This document shows positions 13,551-24,879 of a stretch of DNA of 64,000 nt, piece after piece. The notes under the pieces are model-generated. The model was not told the origin of the DNA. It made no database searches and was given only the letters and a program-made list of their open reading frames with translations. Location of the stretch: contig CAVNZM010000009.1 of assembly GCA_963693365.1 (NCBI GenBank), positions 3,598,231-3,662,230 on the forward strand, given 5' to 3'. Made by a program: the position numbers and the translations under genes. The stretch comes from Amoebidium appalachense. Lineage: Eukaryota > Protista > Ichthyosporea. How positions within the stretch are numbered: the first letter of the stretch is position 1; each line of letters starts with the position of its first letter.

Positions 13551-14991
13551 CCCCGCGTTGTTCCCTGTGCCATATGTGGCACAAAAAAAAATAAATTATG
13601 TACCCGAGATTCAAAAATCAAAATCTCGCGCTGCAGGCCACCTACGGAGGTGCTTTTTGCTTACCTAATTAGGTTATGTATTTTCCTTTGGTAAGAAGTC
13701 AAAGTTACCGGTATATAACTTAGTTTTCTAGGTTAGGTAAGCGTTTTCCTTCGAGGGGTCTATATTTTCAGAAGTGGCCGGCAATTTTCGCGTCCGGCGG
13801 CTTGTGCCCTATCCCGGGATTTGGCTCAGCCGTTGGCTGAGGCAGTCAGCCAAAATTACACATTCCAACGCCTGTGCAATAAAAAAGCGTATGTGCTTGA
13901 TTTTGGCGGTTTTGGGTGCTTCTGCTTGAATGAAAGCTATAAAAACAACACAGAAACATATATTATCATTGAAACTTAATATACTTTAAACCCCATTTGC
14001 ACAAAAAACCGGAAAAATGAGCAGGAGCTCCCAGTTTCGCTACCAGCCGATTGCGTGGTCACCCTCGTACTACATAGATCAGGGGTCTCAATAGATCACA
14101 CCGTGCAAAGCATCTATAGCCTGATCTATAGACACGCGACGAAATACGGTATGGGTTTTTAGATCTCATAATAACAAACATGCAAGAAAGATGCAAATTA
14201 TATGCTAATGCGCTAATATCTCTAAAGAAAAGGCCTTTTAGGGAAATGCAATATGCTTTCAATGTGATGCTCACCCTGTACGCAAAACATAAAGAAACAA
14301 AACAGAAGCGCAGACGATAGCTCAGAAAGGGGTTCATTGCATCCGGAGTGAGGTGATCTATACTTGTTCACGCTGATAGGCTGGGCTGTCGACAATAAAA
14401 CACGACGTGTGAAAATGGTTTTGTAAACGGGCGATATAAACAGGCATGGTATATTGTTGATTATCATTTTGACGCTTGAATAACTTAAATTATATTATCT
14501 GCTCAGTACACGATCATAATCAATACTGCATTACAGGGAAAGGAAGAACCTTTTGCGATATATACTTCAAACACATCATGAGAGCCGCCTGTCATTGGTG
14601 TTATATCATGCATTATGCTTCTCCAGTCTTCAGGTATGCACAAATAGTGGCTTAAAAGCGGCTCGTCTCTCATAAATCCTTCAGATGCACTCGAGCGTGA
14701 TTGACCGGATGATCAGCCGGAATAGCGGTTTTTTGCTTTACGTGTATCTAATTTACAGGGTTCATGCGCCTTGAGCCCCAAAACGGCCGCGAAAAAGTCA
14801 CAAAAGTGTGTCCGATCACGTGGTCGCAGCACGTGTTCCTACTTATAAACCCGCGTTTTTTTTTTACGGATGCCTAGATGACACACATATCGTGCTCGGG
14901 TTGTAATGGTAATCGGAAATAATCATTTCTTCACATTAAAGTATACATGTGTTTCAGACTCATTTTGCCTGAAAACGGGAACAACGCGGGG
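13551..14991. mobile_element. Non-autonomous piggyBac-type DNA transposon (MITE, 1441 bp)
   Basis: Perfect 15-bp TIRs CCCCGCGTTGTTCCC (13551-13565) and GGGAACAACGCGGGG (14977-14991), flanked by TTAA at 13547-13550 and 14992-14995; CCC...GGG ends plus TTAA TSD are piggyBac hallmarks; no transposase ORF inside. Confidence 0.9.
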
Positions 14992-15243
14992 TTAACTTCC
15001 CAAATAACTTGCTTTCATCGTATATATTTACTTGCATAACGCTTTCTTCCCCCCCCCCCCCCCCCCCCCCCCCCCCGCCTCCCCCCCCGCTCCCCTCCAC
15101 CATGAACATTCCACGAATCGAATCGAAAAAAAAAATTGATGCATATTCCTAGGTCTGCAAATGCTTGGAAGATTTCAAGAATAAAGACAGTTTTAAGCAT
15201 CATCATAGAGAATTACGGTCACATTCTTACATCATGAAGGGCC

Positions 15244-15314
15244 ATAATGTTGTCGTCATATGATCCTAATGACATCCATTGGATGTCAGTAAGACCATAT
15301 GACGACAACATTAT
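15244..15314. repeat. 71-bp near-perfect palindrome
   Basis: 35-bp arms ATAATGTTGTCGTCATATG...GACATCCA / TGGATGTC...CATATGACGACAACATTAT, 3 mismatches, 1-nt spacer. Confidence 0.9.
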
Positions 15315-16557
15315 CTGTCTCTTCTCTTCTCTTCCTTATGTGTATTCCTTCCGAACTTTACCTCTTTTGAAAACAGATCACTAAAGAAGCACTGGGCAGG
15401 ATATCGCCAGAGACCACAGGGCATTCTTCCGGCTGGTCGTCAACTGCTTCGAGGTGTCGCTGCGAGACCCCAACCAACACAAGCTCATCAACAAGTGGAC
15501 CCCCGTGAAATTCGAATGTGACGACCCCAACTATGACGGTGCTGCGGCCGAAGGCAACATCAAGTTGGTGGGTCCCCCCCCCCCCCCCCCCTCCCCTTTT
15601 GGCTAGGCAATAGGATGCTGACACTTGAGCTGTGGGGTGTTTCATCGTGGCTCACGAGACTTACGCTAAGTTCATTATAATTCCTACCCCCCCCCCCCCC
15701 CTTATGGTGTGATTATGGCTGACTACACTATAGCGTGCCGACACTCGAGCTAGTTAGCATTTAGTCTGTTCTGTTTTATAAAAGACTTCTTTGTTCACAT
15801 CTGCAAACCCCCCCCCCATAAAAAAAAAAACACAAACAACACAATCACATCGTTGGAAAAAGTTTTCTAGACTGACTTCTGTAAAGCATCTGACTCTGTG
15901 CCCGCCATTACCTGCAGTACATCTCAAACTACGACAACTACGTGAAGGACCAGATGGTGACAGCCGAGCGGGAGGCCGGGGAGGAGTTGCGCAGGCAGCA
16001 GGAGGAGGCCGATGCGGAGAGGGAGGCAGAGGCACTGGCGGAGCGGGAGCGGGAGGAGCAGGCCGCTAAGGAGGCCGCGTCTCTGCACAAGGAGGCCCCA
16101 GACCCCAAGGTGGACCAACGTGAAAACGAGACGGACGCGGCCAAGGTTGGCAAGGAGGGCGAGGATGTCGCTGTGGGCGGCACGGAGGGTGACAGCGAGG
16201 CCGTGCAGCAGGTGGAGGGGGTGGAGGTGGAGGCGGCTGAGTTTCAAGGTGAGGACTCTCCGGCTGAGTTCAACGAGGCTGAGGGAGAGACCCCCCTTAC
16301 CAGGTCGGCCAAGAAGAGAAGGCGTTAACAGGGTCATGCCAGCCCCCACAAAAAGCCCAAATTCACCCCTTAGCCCCCCACCTCCCCCCCCCCCTCCCCC
16401 TTCCCCCCAAGAAATGTACTGCCCCTAAGTTTTGTAGGGGATTATTTTGGATTTTATTTTGCAAGTTTGTTTACTTTGTTTAGTTTGTTTTTTTCTCATA
16501 AATTTATAGTGTTTCTTTTCTTGAATTTTAATGTTTTGAATAGTTGAGACAGTAGAG

Positions 16558-17560
16558 GGGTGTCCCAGTGGGACATCCCGTAGATGTAAAGAGTGGAGAC
16601 ACGTCCCAGTGGGACGTGTCATAAGAAATTAAAGATTGTTCAGCACGGTCAACGACACTTCACTGTGCAGCCACGGGGAGGAAAGGGAAGGGGGGGGGGG
16701 GGGGGGGGGGGGGAACTGGGGGGAACTGACATCATCTGGGCATCAACCGGGGCACAAAATGATGCTTTAATATAGATTTTTGGACGATTAGAATACAGTA
16801 TAATGATCATATTAAATTGCTTGTAGTGATCGTTTTGTCGACTTATTATGCTGCACAAGTTGTCACAAAGTAAACATAAAGGTGACATGTGTATGTCGTG
16901 AATTGGTGTGCATGAAATAAAGATCATGTAGAGTGATCCAAAAGGTATCTTTGTATGGTCGGCAACAGATCCGTTTGATGACATAAAGGCATCGTGAAAT
17001 AAGGATTCCGATGCCCCGAGATACTGTAAAGGCAACATTTAGTTCTCCTTATGTGCCTTTTTAGATGCAGAAAAGTCAACATGAAGACCTCTAAATCACC
17101 TCTCGTTGCAATAAGGTAATGTACATGATGTCCCTTTAACGATATCGTTTAGATGTCTGTTTGTTGCCTTAATTTCTTATTTAAGATCTTTAAAGTGGCC
17201 TTAAAGATGACATAAAAGGGTCTTGATGTGCAGGATCTTACGATACCTATATTTTAGGGGTAGAAAAGGTGGGGATTGGGGGGGGTTACGGATGGGTAGT
17301 GGTTAGGTTTAGGTGTAGAAAACGATGTCAGGAAAAATGTATATAAAGATGTCAGGAAATTTCCAGACATCTTTATGATAACTTGAAAGTCGTCTTTAAA
17401 TGGTCCGAAAATATCCTGACATCTTTTCGATGGGATATGGGGTAGATAGGGTTAAAGGGTGGGATGTAGATGACTTTGATTAGATGCTGACGTCTTAGAT
17501 GGCTTATGGATGGATTCGACAAGATTGCTGATGCTACGAGTCATCGGATGATGACGCCAC
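16558..17560. repeat. Array of palindromes and GATGTC/GACATC motifs, resembling subterminal repeats of CACTA/EnSpm-type DNA transposons
   Basis: TGTCCCA-G-TGGGACA (16561-16575), GACACGTCCCA-G-TGGGACGTGTC (16598-16620), ATAAAGATGTC...GACATCTTTAT (17343-17376), plus scattered GATGTC/GACATC/GATGAC. Confidence 0.5.
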
Positions 17561-17892
17561 TATGCAGCTGAACAGTACAGTGGTAAGGCCCTCACCCCCC
17601 TCCTTCCCCCCATCACCCATCGCCCATCAAATTGTCTCTCCTTGTTGTATACCCTATTATCCCCCCCCCCCCCCCCCCCCCCCCCACTACATCACACCGC
17701 CAACCCCTTTCAACAGTAGAAGTATGAGCCATGATCAACCTGACTTTTGTAGCATACCCAAAACCCATCTGACTCCTTGTTTCACTTCAAAGAATAAATC
17801 ATTAACACATATGTATGTGTTTAATGGATCTTTATTCCATACAAATTGGAACCTTCTTATTAACCCTTTTTTTCTTTTTCCTTTCAATGCAG

Positions 17893-18172
17893 GCAAAGCT
17901 GCTGAGGAAGCATCCCGTGACCGACCCTGTGTACGCCACGGTGCTCATGAAGTACGGCGCGAACATCCAGAACGACCCCCAGCGCCTCATCAAGGCCATC
18001 TCCGTCACGATCAAGAAGGACCCCCCCCCCCCCCCCCCCCCCCCCCCCGGAAAGAGTTCCTGGGGGGACGTCACTGACAATGAGATTCAAGAAGCTGTCG
18101 TGTACTTCGGCAAGCTGAAGCGCACTGACGCAGACTTCAAACTCAGGACCAAGTATATATCCCCCCTCCCCC

Positions 18173-18209
<37 letters not shown>

Positions 18210-19200
18210 CCTTGAAAAACAGCCACAACCCCAAATGACACGGCCTCTGCAGGCCTCTCCACAGCCTATACCATTTGCACAGCCACGACTCTTCTCTCCT
18301 GGGGCACACACGGGGCAACACCAACCATTTTCCACGACCGGACTGTTCCATTCGCCTGCTGGGGCCCAGCAACAGAAACAGCTGCAGAGTCAGCGGCGAG
18401 GGGAGGCGCGAATTAACCGAGAGAGAGAGCAAGGTCGAGAGAGAGATCGAGAAATGGAGCGAAAGAAGCGAAAGGAGCGAGAGGACAACAAGAGAGAGAA
18501 GGAGCGAGAGATGGAACGAGAGAAGGAGCGAGAGATGGAGCGAGAGAAGAAGGAGCGAGAGATGGAGCGAGAGAAGGAGCGAGAGAAGAAGGAGCGAGAG
18601 ATGGAGCGAGAGATGGAGCGAGAGAAGAAGGAGCGAGCGGAGGAACGAGAGAAGGAGCAAGCGGAGTAGCGAGTGCGAAAGAAGGAGCGAGAAAAGAAGG
18701 AGCGGGCGGAGGAGCGAGAGAAGGAGCAAGCGGAGGAGCGAGTGCGAGAGAAGGAACGAGAGATGGAGCGAGCGGAGGAACGAGAGAAGGAGCGAGAGAT
18801 GGAACGAGAGAAGGAGCGAGCGGAGAAGGAGAGAGAGGAGCAAGTGCGAGAGGAGCGAGATTTGGAACGAGACCCACAGAACGAGGGAACGGAGCGAGAT
18901 GAGCGTGAAGAGAACAAGGGAGCGGAGCGAGAGATCGAACGAGAACGAGAGACTGAGAAGGAGCGAGCGGAGGAGCAGGAGCAAGACGTTAGACGGCCCG
19001 CGCGCCTCGCACTCCCACCCTCAGCCGACCCCTTGACGTGCTGTCCCTTCTCTGAGATTCCCCCCTTTTTACGCAAGGCCATACAGATGTACATATCCAA
19101 CGGTAGAAAGAACGTGCTCCTCGTGCCCACACGCACGGAGGCACGCTGGTTCCATGACCTGGCGTTCAGGTATGCGGCAGAGATACGCTCAAGACTGTGA
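17893..19200 (+). pseudogene. Glu/Arg-rich repeat protein ending in a degenerate phage-type N6-adenine DNA methyltransferase (Dam, PF05869-like) fragment
   Basis: Acceptor CAG at 17890-17892; one reading frame interrupted only by GAG>TAG at 18667-18669; (EREKEREM)n repeats; C-terminus PFSEIPPFLRKAIQMYISNGRKNVLLVPTRTEARWFHDLAFRYAAEIRSRL matches the recalled consensus NPP(Y/F)S.I..(W/F)..KA......V.L.P.RT...WF.......EIRF..GRL. Confidence 0.65.
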
Positions 19201-19322
19201 ACGGAAGCTACATGGGCTAGTGGTTAGGATAGGGGTGATGATGGTGGGCAGTGCCCTAAACTTTACCGTTTTTACGTTTTTCAAAATAGTACCTTTGAGC
19301 ATGGCCTCATAAACATAGACAC

Positions 19323-19501
19323 TGTGATTTGTGGATACATTGGGCAGTGCCCTTTATTTTCACGTTTTTTCTTCTTTTTTACAAAGAAACCCGACGGCAA
19401 AAATAAACTTTTGTTTTTTACGAAAGATCCAAAAAAAAAAAACAAAAAGAAAAACAGAGCACAAGTTGAAGACTACTATGGTGCATTGCACACGTGTGCC
19501 T

Positions 19502-19553
<52 letters not shown>

Positions 19554-19905
19554 ATGTGTGTGCATGTGTGTGCATGTGTGTGCTTGTGTGTGCTTGTGTG
19601 TGTGCCAAAAGACTCTAACGAAAATCTATGAAGATTTTAACGAAAAAAAAATTAAAAAAACTTTGTGATTTGTGGATACATTGGGCAGAGCCCTTCATTT
19701 TTCACGTTTATTCTTTTTTACAAAGAAAACCGACGGCAAAAATAAACTTTTGTTTTTTAAAAAAACAGAGCACAAGTTGAAGACTACTATGGTGCACTGC
19801 ACACGTGTGCCTGCACGTGTGCGTGTGCGTCTGAGTGCGTGTGTGTGTGTGCATGTGTGTGTGTGTGCCAAAAGACTCTAACGAAAATCTATGAAGATTT
19901 TAACG
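19323..19905. repeat. ~340-bp imperfect tandem duplication
   Basis: TGTGATTTGTGGATACATTGGGCAG...CACAAGTTGAAGACTACTATGGTGCA...GCCAAAAGACTCTAACGAAAATCTATGAAGATTTTAACGAAA occurs twice (from 19323 and ~19664). Confidence 0.9.
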
Positions 19906-20008
19906 AAAGAAAATAAAAAACAAAAATAAAAATAAAAAACAAAGGCAACCAACAATCACCCTACCACACCCTTCTACGTGTGCATGCATGCGTGCACGTG
20001 TGTGTGTG

Positions 20009-20114
<106 letters not shown>

Positions 20115-22870
20115 ATGTGTCTTTCTGTGTCTTTGTGTGTGTGCATATGTGTGTGTGTGTGTGTGCATGTGTGCATGTGTGTTTGTGTGTGTGCATGTGT
20201 GTGCATGTGTCTTTGTGTGTCTTTGTGTGCATGTGTCTTTGTATGTCTTTGTGTGTGTGTGCATGTGTGTGTGAGGGGTGGGGGTGGGGGTGGTGGGGCC
20301 AACATGGCCTGCAGAAACGGGCGGGCTTGCAGGACCTGCTGCGGGTCGGCATCCAGTGCCCGCAACAGGTCATCTTCAAACTCTTCCTGACTTTCACTAA
20401 ACATCCGGAACAGCAATCCTAGAACTTAGTCACAATCCAATTGCCTGGCAGCGCCGGCAGCAAAAAGATTAATAAACAGAACGCAAAATAGTGAGCCTGT
20501 GTGCGCGTACAGATGCAGCCGGCGGCTGCCTGTGTACGCTATTGTTGTTGTCCCCAAGGCGTCCAATAAGGGACCCAGATTGACCGATCCGGGCGCTCAT
20601 TGGACGCCTTGGGGATGGAATGTGCTGTCCTTAATGCTCATTGGACGCCTTGTTGCAAGAAAAGTGCTGACTTACGGCAAAAGTCCCTACTATTCTCGCC
20701 TGACTAGCAGAGTGTACACACTACAACTAACACGTACCTGGGCACACATGCATATGAATGAGAGCATACGTGGGTGATCAGGCCACTAAACTAACAGACA
20801 TAAACACGTGCAGAGTGGTGCTGGGCAATGCACGATGCCACAGCACTAACAGAGAGGGTAGTGTGGAGAGGTAGAAATACAGTTGCATGTTCTGTCAATC
20901 TACGTCTAAATTATTATGCTCGAATCTCACCTATTTATCTGCCGCAGGCAGATTCCATGAATACAGATCTATCCAGAGGTATTTGCGCATCTGATTGGCA
21001 AATACTATGAATACTATAAATCTGACCAATCATATAACGACACGTACATGAACGGAAATCAAACTGCATTCCCCTCATACGGTCCAATTGCTTCCCAAAA
21101 TCGCAGACAAAACACCCGACTACACAGAAAACATGAAAAGCATGCACAACACTCGTCGGATGCGTGCTTTCCTCTCGCTATCGCCAATAGCTAAACAAAC
21201 TATGAATACCACACGTGCCTAATGAATAACAGAGGGCAAACAAGAGCATGCCGGACATGCTTATGAAATAAAGGGAGATAAAGCACAAATAAACGATCGT
21301 ACCTAACTATGTATGCTATGTGCTCGTGCAACCTGTGTAAACCAAAGATGTGCAACTAATGAAGAATCGTGCTGTGCACGTGCGTGCGAAATGCATATGC
21401 CAACCCGTGCACTATTGTTGTATATTCTGGCACTTGTGCGGCAATTGGCTTTTTTGAGCCGAATTATCATTGGCCGCCCTGCGCATCCGTATTACCATTG
21501 GACGCCTTGTACATGGAATCTAGAATTCGAATTCCTATTGGACGCCTTGAGCAAACCTTCGCATTCCTTTGATCCTCACTTGTGTACGCACCACTTGTAC
21601 GCGTACACCGTAGGGGGCCCCCCGGCAGATTCGGCCTTCTTCCCTTCCACAACCGGGCCGTTTGGTTGGCTGGCGCGGGGCCGGGGTTACGTAAGGCGGT
21701 GGGGTCGGGGGGGGCCAGACCACGATATGGAGGTTTGGGGGGAGGCCTGCGCAGGGCCTTACGTAAGCCTTACGTAAGGCGGTCAGGCGGCGGCGGGCGC
21801 TAGGTAGAGCACGATACGGAAGGCGTGGGTCTGGGGATATTTAGGTGGCGAATCGGGTTGCGCGGTTGTGAAACTTGCGCTAATGACGTCGTCAGTAGGG
21901 GACCAGTCGGATTCTTCGGTCGTGGAAGTTGCAGAAGTGGCCTCGTGAGCCGTGGTAGTGAACCAGTCGGAGGGCCCGGTTGTGAAAGTTAGCTAATGAG
22001 CGGTAATTACACCTGTAGCTTGCACAACCGGGCGATACCATTGGGTAGGCCTTTTGAATGAAATGGTTGGGTAGGAATCACGGTATTTGTCTTAGCGGCT
22101 AGTGGAGAGGTATAAAAAGGGTGAACACGATATCGTCGATCACTTTGTGACGCAGCGCGGTGTGGAGCAGGGTACTCAGAAGAAAGCTGTCTGGAGCGAG
22201 CTTTTTTCTTGTTAGTACTGCATAACAGTCAAACTCGAGTGTGGATATCTTTGAACACGAGTAGGAGGTTTCCTCTTTGTCGAAGTACTGTTTGTTGTTT
22301 TTTTGACAAATAGTATGTTAAGATAGTCGCAGAAGTTCTTTCTTTTTACAACTTTTTTATTGCGGACTGCGGCTGAGCTGTCAATGTTAGGCACCTCATA
22401 GAATTATGGTCGGATCATTTTTCGAAGCTTCGTGAACATGAATTATTGGCGGCAACTGATCTGAGTGCGAGCTGATGGCGCTTCAAGCTGAGATTGGTCA
22501 GGGCCGGAATCGGATCCCTGACAGGTGCATTGTGGGTCGAAAGACGTAGGGCTACCTTTCCGTATTTCGGTTTTTTGCAGTTTCCTTATATGGCTAATCG
22601 GATCGAACCGGATTCGATCTGGACCAATCATAAATACCCCTTGGCAGAGTTTTCTCGTTACGACACCGTACGCGTACACGTAGGGCCGTGACACGACCAC
22701 TCTCTCTCTTTAATTGTTTAATCATTTAATTAAAACCACGTTCTCTGCACGCGTTTTACACACACACACAGTGTGTGCACGTGCTCCTGTACATATATCA
22801 CTGTCTCATATCCATATCGCGATATGTGTACACATATATCACATATCTCATATTCACATATCCCATATCC

Positions 22871-22944
22871 TGAGGGGGGCGGATAATGGTTAATGTGACG
22901 TCATCTTTGATGACGTTGACATTAACCATGTGCCGCGCCCCTCA
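22871..22944. repeat. 74-bp imperfect hairpin next to an LTR end
   Basis: TGAGGGG..GCGG..ATGGTTAATGT-GACGTCATC-TTT-GATGACGT-TG-ACATTAACCAT..CCGC..CCCCTCA. Confidence 0.85.
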
Positions 22945-22945
22945 T

Positions 22946-24010
22946 TGTACTAAGCATGGTGGCCATAGAGGTGGGTTCGGAGGAGAGCATGGTGGTAGGG
23001 GTGGACATGAAGGGCCGTGGTGGGTTTGGTGCTGGTGGTGAGAGAGGCCGAGGGGGGCAGTATTAAATTGTATAATTATTTGGGACAGAAGCAGAGACAC
23101 AGTGGTGCAGTGTGAGAACACCACAGACACACAGCAACAAAACACGGAACGATCGGAGCAGTGTACACAACAGACATCAATGTTTAGACACGACTAAACT
23201 CAATTTATTTCGATCTCGCATATATACTTGAAATTCCTTTAAGTCAAATCCATACATGATTTCCGACCAGTCGGAAATCAGATCTATGTCTAAAATAACC
23301 AATCGAATTAACTGATTATTTCCCGGATATATAGATCCAGAGACACAGGAACGCACACCATAGGTCACAGCTATAAGAAAGTATTGAGGTGAAAAGTAAC
23401 GAGAAAAGAGGTGATGTTTCTAACCTATCACCGGCTACAAAGACTCAGACATTTTCTGACGAAGTCTACTGATTGGATACAGTACGGCAACACACAAAAC
23501 TAAAGTGGTTGACTAAGCTATGAATCATACATGACCTTGAATGAAGCTAAAGTGTAGCCTATGTGTTTTTCTACCAATCAAAACATAATGAGTAATATAA
23601 ATCTACTCAACGTCATATTAGTGAAAAAGAAACATATTCATGTGAAAGAAAACAAGGGAGAAAAGAAAGAGAAAAGAAAGAAGAAGGAGGAGGAAAGAGA
23701 GAAGAAGACGGGACAGAAAACACGAACACGAAAACACAGTTGTAACAGAAGATATTCATGTACATATAAACATGTACACGTTTCTCCCTGGGTGGGTGGA
23801 AACGTGTACACACATATCAACACACTAACCAGTGATAAAATACACGATTAGAACCTGATCTACTCATTACGATTACATGTGTACAGACACATTGGAGATC
23901 GATGGGACATTTTTCATAATAGGAGTGTGACATATATACTAAGCACACGAACTGAAACAAAACATAAACTGAAAAGATCTTACCTAATGTAGATACTACG
24001 TACTACAACA
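22946..24010 (-). mobile_element. LTR on the minus strand, related to the 3' LTR at 28295
   Basis: Minus strand reads TGTTGTAG...TAGTACA; the reverse complement of ~23740-24010 aligns by eye with 28295-28560 (GGTAAGATCTT, CATCGATCTCC, GTGTGTACACG..TCCACCCAC.CAGGGAGA.ACGTGTACATGTTT). Left boundary is less certain and no TSD was found. Confidence 0.7.
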
Positions 24011-24879
24011 GGCAGGGGGGAAGGGGGGGCCGTGGTGCACCCCCCAGCACGACCGGGCTCCCGGTTATGCTTTGCGCCAAGGTTATGAAGTCCCCCCTGG
24101 CCCTTTCTTTGGTGCATGTTATTTTTGTGGCCGGCAAGGGCACTCTGCTGCATATTGCCGTAGCTACCAAGGCTATTGAGTTCCGGGGGAGGGGGAAGCT
24201 GGGGTCACGGAGGGAGGGGGGGGGGGGGGGGGGGGGATAGTATGATCGGTCCTGTCCCCCAGGTTGCAGAGAACCTTCACCCTCTCCCCACCCCAGGTTA
24301 ACTTTCCCTTTGCCCCCTCACCGCCCCGATACGTGTGGGAGCTGGGCATCGTCGTGGGTCCTCAAGACAGCGTCGAGGTGGTATGGCATGAATGTTTGTG
24401 GGGTGATTCTACAAAAGGTATGAATGGTGTGAATGTTTTGTGGTTGGGGGAGGTTCCCCAGCCAAGTGGATGGTCTCAGTGTTTCTTGTCCCAACCCGGT
24501 GTTTGTTCTAACCACACCGGAGGGGATTTCTGTGCCATTGTTTCCGGAAGGGGGGGGACACACACGAGTAGAGGGGGAAGGGGGGGGAAGGCACAGACAC
24601 GTAGAAACACACCACCACAACACACGACGTTTGCAGACACACCTACACCTACACACACACTGGCACCCACACACACACCACCCACACACACCACACCCAC
24701 CCACACACCACACACACACACTCCACCACCACCCACGTCACATACACACCCCACCCCACCCGAGCAGGCACCACAGGTAGGTATGTTGCAAGTAGGTGTC
24801 GAGGGTGTGAGTCTTCGTGGGCAGGGTCTGGGTGTGAGTGATGATGTGTTGCTCGAATTGGAGGAGGATTTAGTTGGGT

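Larger units (their letters stand above)
11622..16328 (+). pseudogene. Spliced orphan gene (frameshifted or mis-assembled) with acidic coiled-coil C-terminus and terminal KKRRR NLS-like motif
   Basis: GC3-rich exons with AG/GT borders: 11622-11989 (TACTAAC branch point at 11594; one frameshift), 12361-12687 (109 codons), 13136-13345 (70 codons), 15377-15567 (2 extra bases near start), 15918-16328 (ends RSAKKRRR*). A degenerate upstream exon may lie at ~11018-11340. No family recognised. Confidence 0.65.

Noticed and set aside
18480-18960. CRISPR-like or regularly spaced repeat array
   Set aside because: The repeats are coding-type tandem units without unique spacers; eukaryotic context and no cas genes.
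17884-19136. Long minus-strand Ser/Leu/Arg-rich ORFs
   Set aside because: Shadow frames of the plus-strand E/R repeat.
20290-20416. [25 protein letters not shown] (minus strand), faintly like kinase subdomain XI
   Set aside because: Too short, key Arg absent, and no other kinase motifs nearby.
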